From: Prevotellaceae bacterium
GTDB taxonomy: Bacteria; Bacteroidota; Bacteroidia; Bacteroidales; UBA932
Reading direction: 5' to 3'
Length of the DNA stretch: 42,589 nucleotides
Assembly (NCBI GenBank): GCA_031270335.1
Contig: JAISXV010000035.1
Span: 1-42,589 of the forward strand
Both the position numbers and the translations under genes were made by a program. Within the stretch, counting starts at the first letter, position 1. Each line of letters begins with the position of its first letter. The notes beneath the pieces were generated by a model. It made no database searches and was not told the origin of the DNA. It was given only the letters and a program-made list of their open reading frames with translations. This document shows positions 1 through 8,189 of the stretch, piece by piece.

Positions 1-468
1 GAATATCTGTATCAGCAGCAACGTCAGGAAGTGGATATTATTCCGGAGATAATGGCGTCGATAATGCTTGTTGGAGAGGATGTTATCAGGGCGAATCAGT
101 CGTTTTACCCTTTGATATCGAAGCGGACAGAGATGCAAATTGTGAATCTCGAATTTGTTACGAAGGCGACATCGACTATAACCGGCATCCCTGTTGGCTT
201 TTTCGAAAAACACGACCTTAGAATCATTGCCGAACGCAATCTGGCATACATTGATTTGAGAAGACGGGAATGGCATTCGCTACGTCCGGCAAAAGCAATC
301 ACCGGCAACCTGATTAAAGGACTTGCCGGATTGCCCGAAGTAGGCGATCTGGAACAATTTGAATTACAAGATTTTATTTATTCAATCAAAGAAAATTCGA
401 AGCCGTTCATCTCAATTGACGAAATTGTCAGACTGCATAACTGCATGAAACTGTTGCTCGAAAGTTAA
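1..468 (+). CDS. hypothetical protein, 3' part of a gene that begins upstream of the window
   Basis: Frame 1 is open from base 1, with no stop before the listed ATG at 31, and ends at the stop at 466-468. No family was recognised from the translation. Confidence 0.5.
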   Translation, partial: EYLYQQQRQEVDIIPEIMASIMLVGEDVIRANQSFYPLISKRTEMQIVNLEFVTKATSTITGIPVGFFEKHDLRIIAERNLAYIDLRRREWHSLRPAKAITGNLIKGLAGLPEVGDLEQFELQDFIYSIKENSKPFISIDEIVRLHNCMKLLLES

Positions 469-504
469 ATGACTGTAAAATGTTTGATTGTTAGATAAAA
501 AGAT

Positions 505-1203
505 ATGATGCAGAAAATAATAAACAACATTCCGAACAGTTTGACTTCTGGAAATCTTTTTTGCGGATGTATCGCTACTGTGTTGGCTATCAAAGGAGAT
601 ATAACGACGGCAACATATTTCATTTTCGCCGCTGCAATATTTGATTTCTTCGACGGTTTTGTCGCCCGACTGTTGAAAGCGCAGTCGCCATTAGGACTTC
701 AACTTGATTCTCTGGCAGATATGGTGAGTTTTGGAGTGGCGCCCTCGGCGATTGTATATTACATTCTGTCGATATCGCAGATACACGTACTGCTTGAACT
801 GCCGGCGTTTACGCCGTATTTAGCCTTTTTTATCGCTGTGTTTTCGGCATTGCGGCTGGCGAAGTTCAATATCGACGAACGACAAAGCGCCGAATTTATC
901 GGGCTTCCTACTCCGGCAGCTACACTGTTTTTCTGCGGATTAACGTATTTCGAGATGTTTACCGTTACGGGATTTTATGTGTTGCTGGCGTCGATTCCGG
1001 TGTTTTGTTTCCTGATGGTGTGCGAGTTACCCATGTTTTCGCTGAAAATAAAGAAAAGTCCCGATTTTGTCAGGAAATACAGTTGGCAGTTACTGTTGTT
1101 ATTGTGCGCCCTCGTGTTTATCGTGGTCTGGCGTCTGAAAGGAATAAGCATAACGATAGCGATTTACATTTTATTTTCGATAATCAGGAACATTAAAAAA
1201 TAG
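505..1203 (+). CDS. pssA: CDP-diacylglycerol--serine O-phosphatidyltransferase
   Basis: 232-aa multi-pass membrane ORF carrying the CDP-alcohol phosphatidyltransferase signature DFFDGFVARLLKAQSPLGLQLDSLADMVSFG (D-x2-DG-x2-AR...G-x3-D-x3-D). Confidence 0.9.
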   Translation: MMQKIINNIPNSLTSGNLFCGCIATVLAIKGDITTATYFIFAAAIFDFFDGFVARLLKAQSPLGLQLDSLADMVSFGVAPSAIVYYILSISQIHVLLELPAFTPYLAFFIAVFSALRLAKFNIDERQSAEFIGLPTPAATLFFCGLTYFEMFTVTGFYVLLASIPVFCFLMVCELPMFSLKIKKSPDFVRKYSWQLLLLLCALVFIVVWRLKGISITIAIYILFSIIRNIKK

Positions 1204-1211
1204 ATACAGTT

Positions 1212-1670
1212 ATGGAAAAAGAATTGAAAGTGAACGCCATAAAAAACGGAACGGCAATAGACCGAATCCCGTCGAATGTTTTGTTTAAGGTAATCAACAT
1301 ATTAGGATTACAAAACTGCGAAAATCAGATAACGTTCGGCATGAATCTCGACAGTAAAAAATTGGGTAAAAAAGCCATTATAAAAGTGACCGACAGGTTT
1401 TTCACTTCCGACGAAGTGAACCGAATCGCCTTGATAGCGCCAATGGCAAAACTCAACATCATACGCGATTACGGAGTCGTGGAAAAACGTGAAGTCGAAG
1501 TTCCCGAAATAACGGAAAATATACTTAAATGTATTAATCCTAAGTGCATTACAAATCACGAAAATATCAAAACGAAGTTTCGAAAAGTGTCATCCGACCC
1601 GCTCGAAATGCAGTGTTGCTATTGCGAAAAACATATTGATCAGGAACATTTTGAGATAATTAATAATTAA
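1212..1670 (+). CDS. pyrI: aspartate carbamoyltransferase regulatory subunit
   Basis: 152 aa. N-terminal allosteric-domain sequence LKVNAIKNGTAIDRIP and C-terminal zinc-domain cysteines CINPKC...CCYCEK. Starts 9 nt after the pssA stop. Confidence 0.9.
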   Translation: MEKELKVNAIKNGTAIDRIPSNVLFKVINILGLQNCENQITFGMNLDSKKLGKKAIIKVTDRFFTSDEVNRIALIAPMAKLNIIRDYGVVEKREVEVPEITENILKCINPKCITNHENIKTKFRKVSSDPLEMQCCYCEKHIDQEHFEIINN

Positions 1671-1681
1671 AATAGAATTAT

Positions 1682-1883
1682 GATTTTTGATTTACGATCT
1701 TTGATTTACGATTTTTGATTTACGATTTTTGATTTACGATTTTTGATTTACCTTCAGGCGCAAGCAGCAATCTAAAGTCCAAAATCAACAATCTAAAATA
1801 GATTTGATTTACCTTCGGGCGCAAGCAGCAATCTAAAGTCTAAAATCTAAAATCTAAAGTCTAAAATCATCAATCTAAAATAG
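1682..1883. repeat. two tandem copies of a heptamer-array element (array, 35-nt core, array)
   Basis: Bases 1682-1751 are ten 7-bp units (GATTTTT/GATTTAC). The core GATTTACCTTC[A/G]GGCGCAAGCAGCAATCTAAAGTC occurs at 1745-1779 and again at 1806-1840 with one mismatch. TCTAAAG/TCTAAAA-type heptamers fill 1771-1798 and 1832-1880. Confidence 0.9.
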
Positions 1884-1889
1884 AAAAAA

Positions 1890-2570
1890 ATGGTAGGAAT
1901 TTATATAATATTTGGGATAATTGCTTTAGCAAGTTATATAGTCAGCATGACGTTGCAGAATAAGTTTAAAAAATATTCCGGCGTGGCGCTTGGGATGAGC
2001 GGTAAGGATGTTGCAGAGAGAATGTTACGCGACAATGGCATTCGTGATGTATCGGTGATTTCGGTCGAAGGTCATTTGACCGACCATTACAATCCGATGA
2101 ATAAGACGGTTAATTTGAGTCGAAGTGTATATTCAAGTCAAAACGTTGCAGCAGCGGCAGTTGCGGCTCATGAGTGCGGTCATGCCGTACAACATGCGAA
2201 AGCATATACATGGTTGACAATGCGCTCAAATTTAGTGCCGATAGTAAGCGTTTCGTCAAAATATCTTTCGTGGATATTGTTAGCGGGAATACTTACAGTT
2301 CAGATATTTCCGGCGATTTTATTGTTGGGAATAATTTTGTTTTCACTGACTACGCTGTTCAGTTTCATCACATTACCCGTCGAAATAAATGCAAGTCAAA
2401 GGGCAATTGCATGGCTGGAACAGCAAAATATTGTGGACTCACGTACGAAACCCGCTGCCAAAGACGCACTTAAATGGGCGGCATTGACTTATGTCGTCGC
2501 TGCTTTAGGTTCGCTGGCGACTTTGATTTACTACATTTTGATATTTTTAAGTTCACAACGAAGACGTTAA
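1890..2570 (+). CDS. zinc metallopeptidase (YugP-like, Zn_peptidase_2 family)
   Basis: 226 aa with hydrophobic N- and C-terminal segments and the HExxH zinc motif HECGHAVQH. Confidence 0.85.
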   Translation: MVGIYIIFGIIALASYIVSMTLQNKFKKYSGVALGMSGKDVAERMLRDNGIRDVSVISVEGHLTDHYNPMNKTVNLSRSVYSSQNVAAAAVAAHECGHAVQHAKAYTWLTMRSNLVPIVSVSSKYLSWILLAGILTVQIFPAILLLGIILFSLTTLFSFITLPVEINASQRAIAWLEQQNIVDSRTKPAAKDALKWAALTYVVAALGSLATLIYYILIFLSSQRRR

Positions 2571-2581
2571 TTTTTTTGATA

Positions 2582-3166
2582 ATGAGATATTTAATAATTT
2601 TAGCACATCCGAATCCTGAAAGTTTCAGCAGTTCGTTGATAAACGCCTTGCATGACCATTTAGTCAACGAAGGCAATGAAGTGAAAATCCGTAATTTATA
2701 CGCGATTGGATTTAATCCGGTGTTGAGCGCCGACGATTTTTCGTCGCTCGCCGACAATAAAACCCCGAAAGACATTGAGATAGAGCAGGAATATGTCAAG
2801 TGGTCAGACCATATCATATTTGCTTTTCCTGTGTGGTGGGGCGGTATGCCGGCGATGTTGAAGGGATATATCGACCGAGTTTTCTCCGAAGGGTTTGCTT
2901 ACGAGTATGTTGCCGAGGGGGTAAACGGATTGTTGTCGCCACGCAAAGGCTCAACAATCTGTTCTACCGGCGCTTATTCGGAAGAATACAAAACCGTTCA
3001 GGACGCGATGAAGGTGATTTCCGGAGAGGTGATTTTCGACTTTGTCGGGATAAAACCTTACAAACAACTGTTTTACGGAGGTGTGCCAAGCGTTTCGGAC
3101 GAAGTCCGAAAGTCGTATATCCAAAACGCGTTAAGAGAATTTTCGGATATTCTTATCGTAGAGTAA
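2582..3166 (+). CDS. NAD(P)H dehydrogenase (quinone)-like oxidoreductase, flavodoxin-like fold
   Basis: MRYLIILAHPNPESFSS is a typical Flavodoxin_2 family N-terminus. I chose the ATG at 2582 because the track start at 2474 would overlap the preceding gene by about 100 nt. Confidence 0.8.
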   Translation: MRYLIILAHPNPESFSSSLINALHDHLVNEGNEVKIRNLYAIGFNPVLSADDFSSLADNKTPKDIEIEQEYVKWSDHIIFAFPVWWGGMPAMLKGYIDRVFSEGFAYEYVAEGVNGLLSPRKGSTICSTGAYSEEYKTVQDAMKVISGEVIFDFVGIKPYKQLFYGGVPSVSDEVRKSYIQNALREFSDILIVE

Positions 3167-3950
3167 TTTTTGTTCCTTTGTTTGTGTTGTTTAGGTCGTT
3201 GTGCGATTTGATAACGACCTCTTTTACACCTTCGTTTAATGCTTTAAAAGCATTGTCAATTTTCGGAATCATGCCGGCGGCGATTACTCCGCTGGCTTTG
3301 AGTTTTTCGCAATTGACCGAATTAATCAGAGGAATCACTGAACTGTCGTCGTTGACGTTGGCAAGCAATCCCTGTTTTTCGAAACAGTAAATCAGCCTGA
3401 CCGAAACGCCGGCAGCAGATAACGCCGTAGCAATTGACTGAGCGACAGTGTCGGCATTGCAATTGAGTAAAATGCCATGCCGGTCGGCAGTTATTGAGCA
3501 AAACACAGGGACAAGTCCTGCGTTGATAAATGTCAACAGTCGCTCGGCGTTGATGCCATCGACGGGAATGTCGCCGACGAAACCGAAATCGACGGGACAG
3601 GGCGACCGCTTCACCGCTTCGATTATCCCAGCGTCGATGCCCGACAACCCGATTGCATCGCATCCGAGCGAGCGAAGTTGAGCCGTGAGGCTTTTGTTTA
3701 TCAAACCTGCATACACCATAGTCACGATTTCTATTGTTTGCGAATCGGTGACACGCCTGCCGTCTATCATTTTTGTCGGGACGTCGAGTTTGGCGGAGAT
3801 TCGAGTAGCAAGTTTGCCTCCACCGTGTACCAAAACCTTGTCGCCGGGTATAACAGCAAACTCTTGCAGAAAATATTTCAAATCCTCCGGACAATCAATG
3901 ACATTGCCGCCTATCTTGACAATTGTAATTTCAATATCGTTATATTCCAT
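3153..3950 (-). CDS. argB: acetylglutamate kinase
   Basis: Amino-acid kinase fold motifs: IVKIGGNVI, VLVHGGG and NCNADTVA. The track start at 3977 is a TTG that overlaps a -7 box, so the ATG at 3950 (MEYNDIE...) is preferred. Confidence 0.85.
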   Translation of the reverse strand: MEYNDIEITIVKIGGNVIDCPEDLKYFLQEFAVIPGDKVLVHGGGKLATRISAKLDVPTKMIDGRRVTDSQTIEIVTMVYAGLINKSLTAQLRSLGCDAIGLSGIDAGIIEAVKRSPCPVDFGFVGDIPVDGINAERLLTFINAGLVPVFCSITADRHGILLNCNADTVAQSIATALSAAGVSVRLIYCFEKQGLLANVNDDSSVIPLINSVNCEKLKASGVIAAGMIPKIDNAFKALNEGVKEVVIKSHNDLNNTNKGTKITLR

Positions 3951-3974
3951 ATCCTTTTTATTAAAAAAATTGTG

Positions 3975-3982
3975 CAAAATTA
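3975..3982 (-). promoter_or_regulatory. Bacteroidetes-type -7 promoter box TAATTTTG upstream of argB
   Basis: Matches the TAnnTTTG consensus, 25 nt upstream of the ATG at 3950. Confidence 0.45.
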
Positions 3983-3995
3983 ATGTTTTACCATA

Positions 3996-4670
3996 TTATT
4001 GTAACTCTTCTATTGCAAAGATTTCTTTAAAATATTGTAAAACAAGCAATTTAACTTTGTCAATATTTATTGTTTCACCTGTTTCTTTTGCCATTGAGGT
4101 AACGCCTTTATCGACAAAACCGCAAGGATTGATGTAATTGAAGCAGTCCAAATCGGTGTTTACGTTCAAGGCGAACCCGTGCATTGTGACGAATTGCGAA
4201 CATCTGAGACCGATAGCGCATATCTTGCGTGCCGATGAAGCACCTGCGTCAAGCCAAACGCCTGTTGCCTTTTCCTGACGTTCGCCTCGAAGTCCATATT
4301 CGGCAATTGTCCGGATTACAACCTCTTCCAGACGCCGAACATACTCTTTGACGCCTGTACGGAAATCGTTTAGACAAAAAATCGGATACACAACCAACTG
4401 TCCGGGACCGTGATAGGTGATGTCGCCGCCCCTGTCCACCTTGATAAATTCGACGCCTTTTACCGCAAGTTGAGCAATATTTATCAGCATGTTAGCCTGA
4501 TTTCCGTTCCTGCCGAGCGTATAAACGTGAGGATGTTCGACAAAAAGCAGATAATTTACACCTTCTTTACCTTCCGATTTTTCTTTCTTCAATTTCTCCA
4601 TCAGGAAACTCTGTTTTTGCCAGGCGTCCTGATAGTTCATAACTCCCAAATCAATATATTCTACTTTCAT
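3996..4670 (-). CDS. lipB: lipoyl(octanoyl) transferase
   Basis: 224 aa with the conserved RGGDITYHGPGQLVVYP motif. Lies immediately downstream of lipA on the same strand. Confidence 0.9.
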   Translation of the reverse strand: MKVEYIDLGVMNYQDAWQKQSFLMEKLKKEKSEGKEGVNYLLFVEHPHVYTLGRNGNQANMLINIAQLAVKGVEFIKVDRGGDITYHGPGQLVVYPIFCLNDFRTGVKEYVRRLEEVVIRTIAEYGLRGERQEKATGVWLDAGASSARKICAIGLRCSQFVTMHGFALNVNTDLDCFNYINPCGFVDKGVTSMAKETGETINIDKVKLLVLQYFKEIFAIEELQ

Positions 4671-4702
4671 TCCTTATATTCTACTTTATATTCTACTTTC
4701 AT
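4655..4702. repeat. triplicated 13-16 bp word TATATTCTACTTT(CAT) at the lipA/lipB junction
   Basis: Copies start at 4655, 4675 and 4687. The first contains the lipB start codon and the third encodes the last five codons of lipA. Confidence 0.85.
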
Positions 4703-5537
4703 TTTTCTTAACATGACGTTCGGCGTGATAACTGCTTCGTACCAAAGGAGCGCTTTCGACGTGAGCAAATCCTTTTTCTTTCGCAATCTGCTGATATTCG
4801 GCAAAAATTTCGGGATGTACGTATTCCACTACGGCGATATTGGCTTTCGACGGTTGAAGATACTGACCTACAGTCATTACCGAGCATCCGGCTTCACGGA
4901 GGTCATCCATTGTTTCGATGATTTCGTCGCGTGTTTCGCCAAGTCCAAGCATGATTCCCGACTTTGCGACAATGCCGTAATCCGCTATCTGCCTGACTAC
5001 TTCCAGCGAAACCTCGTAAGTCGCCCGGCTTCGTACGCTTTTCGACAGTCGCCGGACAGTTTCGAGATTATGCGACACAACTTCCGGATGTGCTTCCAAA
5101 ATCAAGCGTATCAACTCCTTCCGTCCCTGAAAATCCGGTATCAGGACTTCCATTGTCGTCGCCGAATTTTTCGCTTTGATGGCTTTGATAACTGCTACCC
5201 AGTGCGATGCGCCCAAATCGGGCAAATCGTCACGGTCAACCGAAGTAATCACAGCATGTTTCAGATGCAGCGAATTCACCGAATCGGCGACATTTTCAGG
5301 CTCTTTTGGGTCTAAAGGCGCCGGTCGTCCGGTTTTCACGTTACAGAATTTGCAGGAACGGGTACACAAGTCTCCGCAAATCATGAACGTCGCCGTCCCG
5401 CATCCCCAACACTCACTGCGATTGGGACATAACCCGCTTACGCAAATTGTATGCAGCTGATGTTTGCTCACCGCCGAAAGATTGTTTTGCGGCAACTTTA
5501 CTTTCAACCAGTCCGGTTTTCGTCTGTTAATCATCAT
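4686..5537 (-). CDS. lipA: lipoyl synthase
   Basis: 283 aa with the radical-SAM CxxxCxxC motif (CTRSCKFC) and the N-terminal auxiliary-cluster cysteines CPNRSECWG. Confidence 0.95.
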   Translation of the reverse strand: MMINRRKPDWLKVKLPQNNLSAVSKHQLHTICVSGLCPNRSECWGCGTATFMICGDLCTRSCKFCNVKTGRPAPLDPKEPENVADSVNSLHLKHAVITSVDRDDLPDLGASHWVAVIKAIKAKNSATTMEVLIPDFQGRKELIRLILEAHPEVVSHNLETVRRLSKSVRSRATYEVSLEVVRQIADYGIVAKSGIMLGLGETRDEIIETMDDLREAGCSVMTVGQYLQPSKANIAVVEYVHPEIFAEYQQIAKEKGFAHVESAPLVRSSYHAERHVKKNESRI

Positions 5538-5538
5538 G

Positions 5539-6063
5539 TTATTTGATTAATTGAAACATGATTTCGTCTTCCCGTCCGTTTGGCGTGAGATTCCAGCTTT
5601 TTTTGAGTCCGCACTTTTCGAATCCCACTTTTTCGAGACAGTTGACGCTTTTGTGATTATCCGCCGAAATATTGCAGTACAATACGCTAATATTCAAGAC
5701 TGCAAACGCATATTCAATCAACATGTTCAAGGCTTCGGACGCATAGCCTTTTTCGCGATTTTCGGGAGAATAAATCATAATTCCCAATCCTGCCCTTCTG
5801 TGAAGCGGGTTAAAATCAAACAAATCCACCGTTCCAACAGTTAGATACGCTCCGTTTTGTTTACAGTCGATCATCATACGTAACTGTTTGTTAGCAAAGA
5901 TGTCACCTTCCGAAAGAATGTATTTTTCGAGTTCGAACCGCGAATATGGCGTAATGCTTTCGCTGACAGTCCATACGTCGGGGTCGTTTTCCCAAAGATA
6001 CAGCAAATCAATGTCGGAGGGTTCTACTGCTCTGAGCCTTATCGTATCGCTTTCGAGTATCAT
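5539..6063 (-). CDS. GNAT family N-acetyltransferase (RimJ/RimL-like)
   Basis: 174 aa with an acetyltransferase core pattern (RRAGLGIMIYSPENREKGYASEAL). Tightly packed between the MBL hydrolase gene and lipA. Confidence 0.8.
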   Translation of the reverse strand: MILESDTIRLRAVEPSDIDLLYLWENDPDVWTVSESITPYSRFELEKYILSEGDIFANKQLRMMIDCKQNGAYLTVGTVDLFDFNPLHRRAGLGIMIYSPENREKGYASEALNMLIEYAFAVLNISVLYCNISADNHKSVNCLEKVGFEKCGLKKSWNLTPNGREDEIMFQLIK

Positions 6064-6695
6064 CCTGTAATAAACGGATTATGAAGCCTTTCCCAGCCTG
6101 TTTCCGTATCGGGACCGTGACCGCAATACACTTTTGTTTCGGCGGGGAGAGCAATCAGTGTTTCGAGACTTTCCATTATTTTGTCGTAATCGCCTCCGGG
6201 CAAGTCTGTTCGCCCGATGCTTCCGGCAAAGAGAGTGTCGCCGGCGATGAGAAAATGTCCGGTTTCGGAATAGAAACATACCGAGCCGGGAGAATGTCCG
6301 GGAGTTGTAATTACCTTTAATTCAGAGTTGCCAAACTTAATTGACTGTCCATTTTCGAGGAAATGCGAGGGCGGATAAGGCTGTTCCTCCGCAAATCCGA
6401 ACAGCGAAGCGCTCGCCCTGAAACGCTGGATATTTGCCAACTCGCCTTCCGACGCCCATAATTCTACTCCGTATTCGTTGATAACGAAATTGTTGCCAAA
6501 GATATGGTCGAAATGACAGTGCGTATTCAACAGTATTTTTGGAGTGAGTCCGCTGTCGGCGATAAACTGTTTTAATGCGTTTTTTTCCTGTGGTTTCTGA
6601 CAGCCCGGGTCAATTATCGCACATTCTTTTGTTTCGTCGTAAATGATATACGTATTTTCCTGCAATGGATTGAATATTAACTTTTTTATCTCCAT
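6060..6695 (-). CDS. MBL-fold metallo-hydrolase (glyoxalase II-like)
   Basis: 211 aa with the HxHxDH motif HCHFDH and a downstream TPGHSPGS histidine motif. Overlaps the next gene by 4 nt. Confidence 0.85.
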   Translation of the reverse strand: MEIKKLIFNPLQENTYIIYDETKECAIIDPGCQKPQEKNALKQFIADSGLTPKILLNTHCHFDHIFGNNFVINEYGVELWASEGELANIQRFRASASLFGFAEEQPYPPSHFLENGQSIKFGNSELKVITTPGHSPGSVCFYSETGHFLIAGDTLFAGSIGRTDLPGGDYDKIMESLETLIALPAETKVYCGHGPDTETGWERLHNPFITG

Positions 6696-6727
6696 TTTTT
6701 ATTATAAAAACATTTTTCTGTTGCCCG

Positions 6728-6735
6728 CAAATATA
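6728..6735 (-). promoter_or_regulatory. -7 promoter box TATATTTG for the MBL-GNAT-lipA-lipB transcription unit
   Basis: TAnnTTTG match 33 nt upstream of the start at 6695. Confidence 0.45.
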
Positions 6736-6899
6736 TGCAAAATATGTTGAATACAAATAATTTTCCTAAACTTGTTGATTGTTAGATATATCAAAAGTAA
6801 ATAATATTTTCGTATCAAAAAAATAAAATACATGCAACGTTTTTTCTACAAAAACCATCTATATATACAGTTACTAATAATTTAAAATGTATTGATTGT

Positions 6900-7391
6900 A
6901 TGAAACGATTTAAAAAAGCGCTATTGTTTATCTTCCTTGTATTTATTGCGATACAGGGCAGTTCAGGAGACGATTATGATTACTACGCTGTTTACATGGA
7001 CAGAGCAAATCTCGAAAAATCGGTCTTTTATCTCGAAACGGGTAAAGATATGAAAAATCCCGGAAAAATCTATTACAAACATCCATACCTTTTTGTTAAT
7101 GAGAAATATAAAGGCGTGCATGTTTTCGACAACACCGACCCTGCCAATCCTGTTAAAAAAGGATTCATAATAGCGCCGGGTTGCTTGGATATGGCTGTGA
7201 AAGACAACATTATCTATCTCGACAATGCTGTAGATCTGGTCAGTTTCGATTTAAGCGCAATGAAGGAAACGAAACGGATAACTAAGGTGTTTCCCGAACT
7301 TGCGCCTCCAAACGGACGCGTACTGTGGTATCCCGACTACGAGTATGACCGTCCTGAAAATCTTATCATTGTTGAATGGGCTAAACGTTAA
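6900..7391 (+). CDS. secreted hypothetical protein with LVIVD-like repeats
   Basis: Signal peptide MKRFKKALLFIFLVFIAIQG. LVIVD-type segments: YLFVNEKYKGVHVFDNTDPANPV and DNIIYLDNAVDLVSFDLS. Confidence 0.6.
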   Translation: MKRFKKALLFIFLVFIAIQGSSGDDYDYYAVYMDRANLEKSVFYLETGKDMKNPGKIYYKHPYLFVNEKYKGVHVFDNTDPANPVKKGFIIAPGCLDMAVKDNIIYLDNAVDLVSFDLSAMKETKRITKVFPELAPPNGRVLWYPDYEYDRPENLIIVEWAKR

Positions 7392-7405
7392 AAACAGTAT
7401 TTGAT

Positions 7406-8185
7406 ATGAAAAAGATATATAATTTATTGATTATAACAGTGATAGCGCTTACTGCTTCGTGTTCGCAGGAATCCGGTACCGGCAGTGACTCGAGCGGAAA
7501 TTATTCCGAAGGAAAGGGCGGTTCGATGGCTCGATTTTGTATCTTAGACGATATTCTTTTCACTGTTGACCAAAGCAGTTTGAATTCGTTCGATATTTCA
7601 GACCCTAAAAATCCTAATTTTCTTGAAGGCAGAACACAAAACCTGGAATTTGGTATAGAAACCATATTTCCAATGGATTCGTTATTGTTTATCGGTTCTC
7701 AAACCGGAATGCACATATTTCGTATTTCGGATCGCGGATTGCCTCAATATCTGTCCACTGCATCACATATTCTCAGTTGCGACCCGGTGGTGGCACAGGG
7801 AAATTATGCTTATGTAACGCTCAATTCCGCCAATGTCGGATGCGGACGAACATCTAATGTCCTGCAAATCTACGATATAACAGACATAAAACATCCTCTG
7901 TTTGTAGATGAAATTCAGGGATTCCGGTCGCCAATGGGTTTGGGAATCGACGGTAACAAACTGTTTATCTGCGATAAAGGATTGAAAGTGTATGATATCA
8001 CAAACGGAGCTTCGCCCGAATGGATAGACGACCTTTATTCTGCGGGCATATACGACCTCGCTGATGCTTACGACGTTATCCCGCTCGACGGACTGTTGAT
8101 GCTCATCGCTTCAAGCGGAATATATCAGTTGGATTATACAGGCGAATCATTGAAATTGTTAAGTAAAATTGAAGTAAAAAAATAA
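7406..8185 (+). CDS. LVIVD-repeat (beta-propeller-type) lipoprotein
   Basis: Lipobox LTASC. At least four LVIVD-like repeats, for example GNYAYVTLNS...VLQIYDITDIKHP and GNKLFICDKGLKVYDITNGASP. Confidence 0.7.
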   Translation: MKKIYNLLIITVIALTASCSQESGTGSDSSGNYSEGKGGSMARFCILDDILFTVDQSSLNSFDISDPKNPNFLEGRTQNLEFGIETIFPMDSLLFIGSQTGMHIFRISDRGLPQYLSTASHILSCDPVVAQGNYAYVTLNSANVGCGRTSNVLQIYDITDIKHPLFVDEIQGFRSPMGLGIDGNKLFICDKGLKVYDITNGASPEWIDDLYSAGIYDLADAYDVIPLDGLLMLIASSGIYQLDYTGESLKLLSKIEVKK

Positions 8186-8189
8186 GCGT

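Noticed and set aside
1682-1883. Possible CRISPR array, because of the regular short repeats
   Set aside because: The period is 7 or 14 bp with no unique spacers, the two arms are complementary array types around a shared core, and no cas genes are present. It is a microsatellite/hairpin element, not a CRISPR array.
2474-2581. The longer N-terminus given in the track for the flavodoxin-like oxidoreductase
   Set aside because: It would overlap the zinc peptidase gene by about 100 nt, and the family's typical N-terminus (MRYLIILAHPN) begins at 2582.
3951-3977. TTG start extending argB by 9 codons
   Set aside because: The TTG lies inside the TAATTTTG -7 box, and the ATG at 3950 gives the normal AAK-family N-terminus.
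4410-5315. 301-aa ORF antisense to lipB/lipA
   Set aside because: It overlaps two well-supported genes on the opposite strand, matches no recognisable family and has a low-complexity composition. It is a typical shadow ORF.
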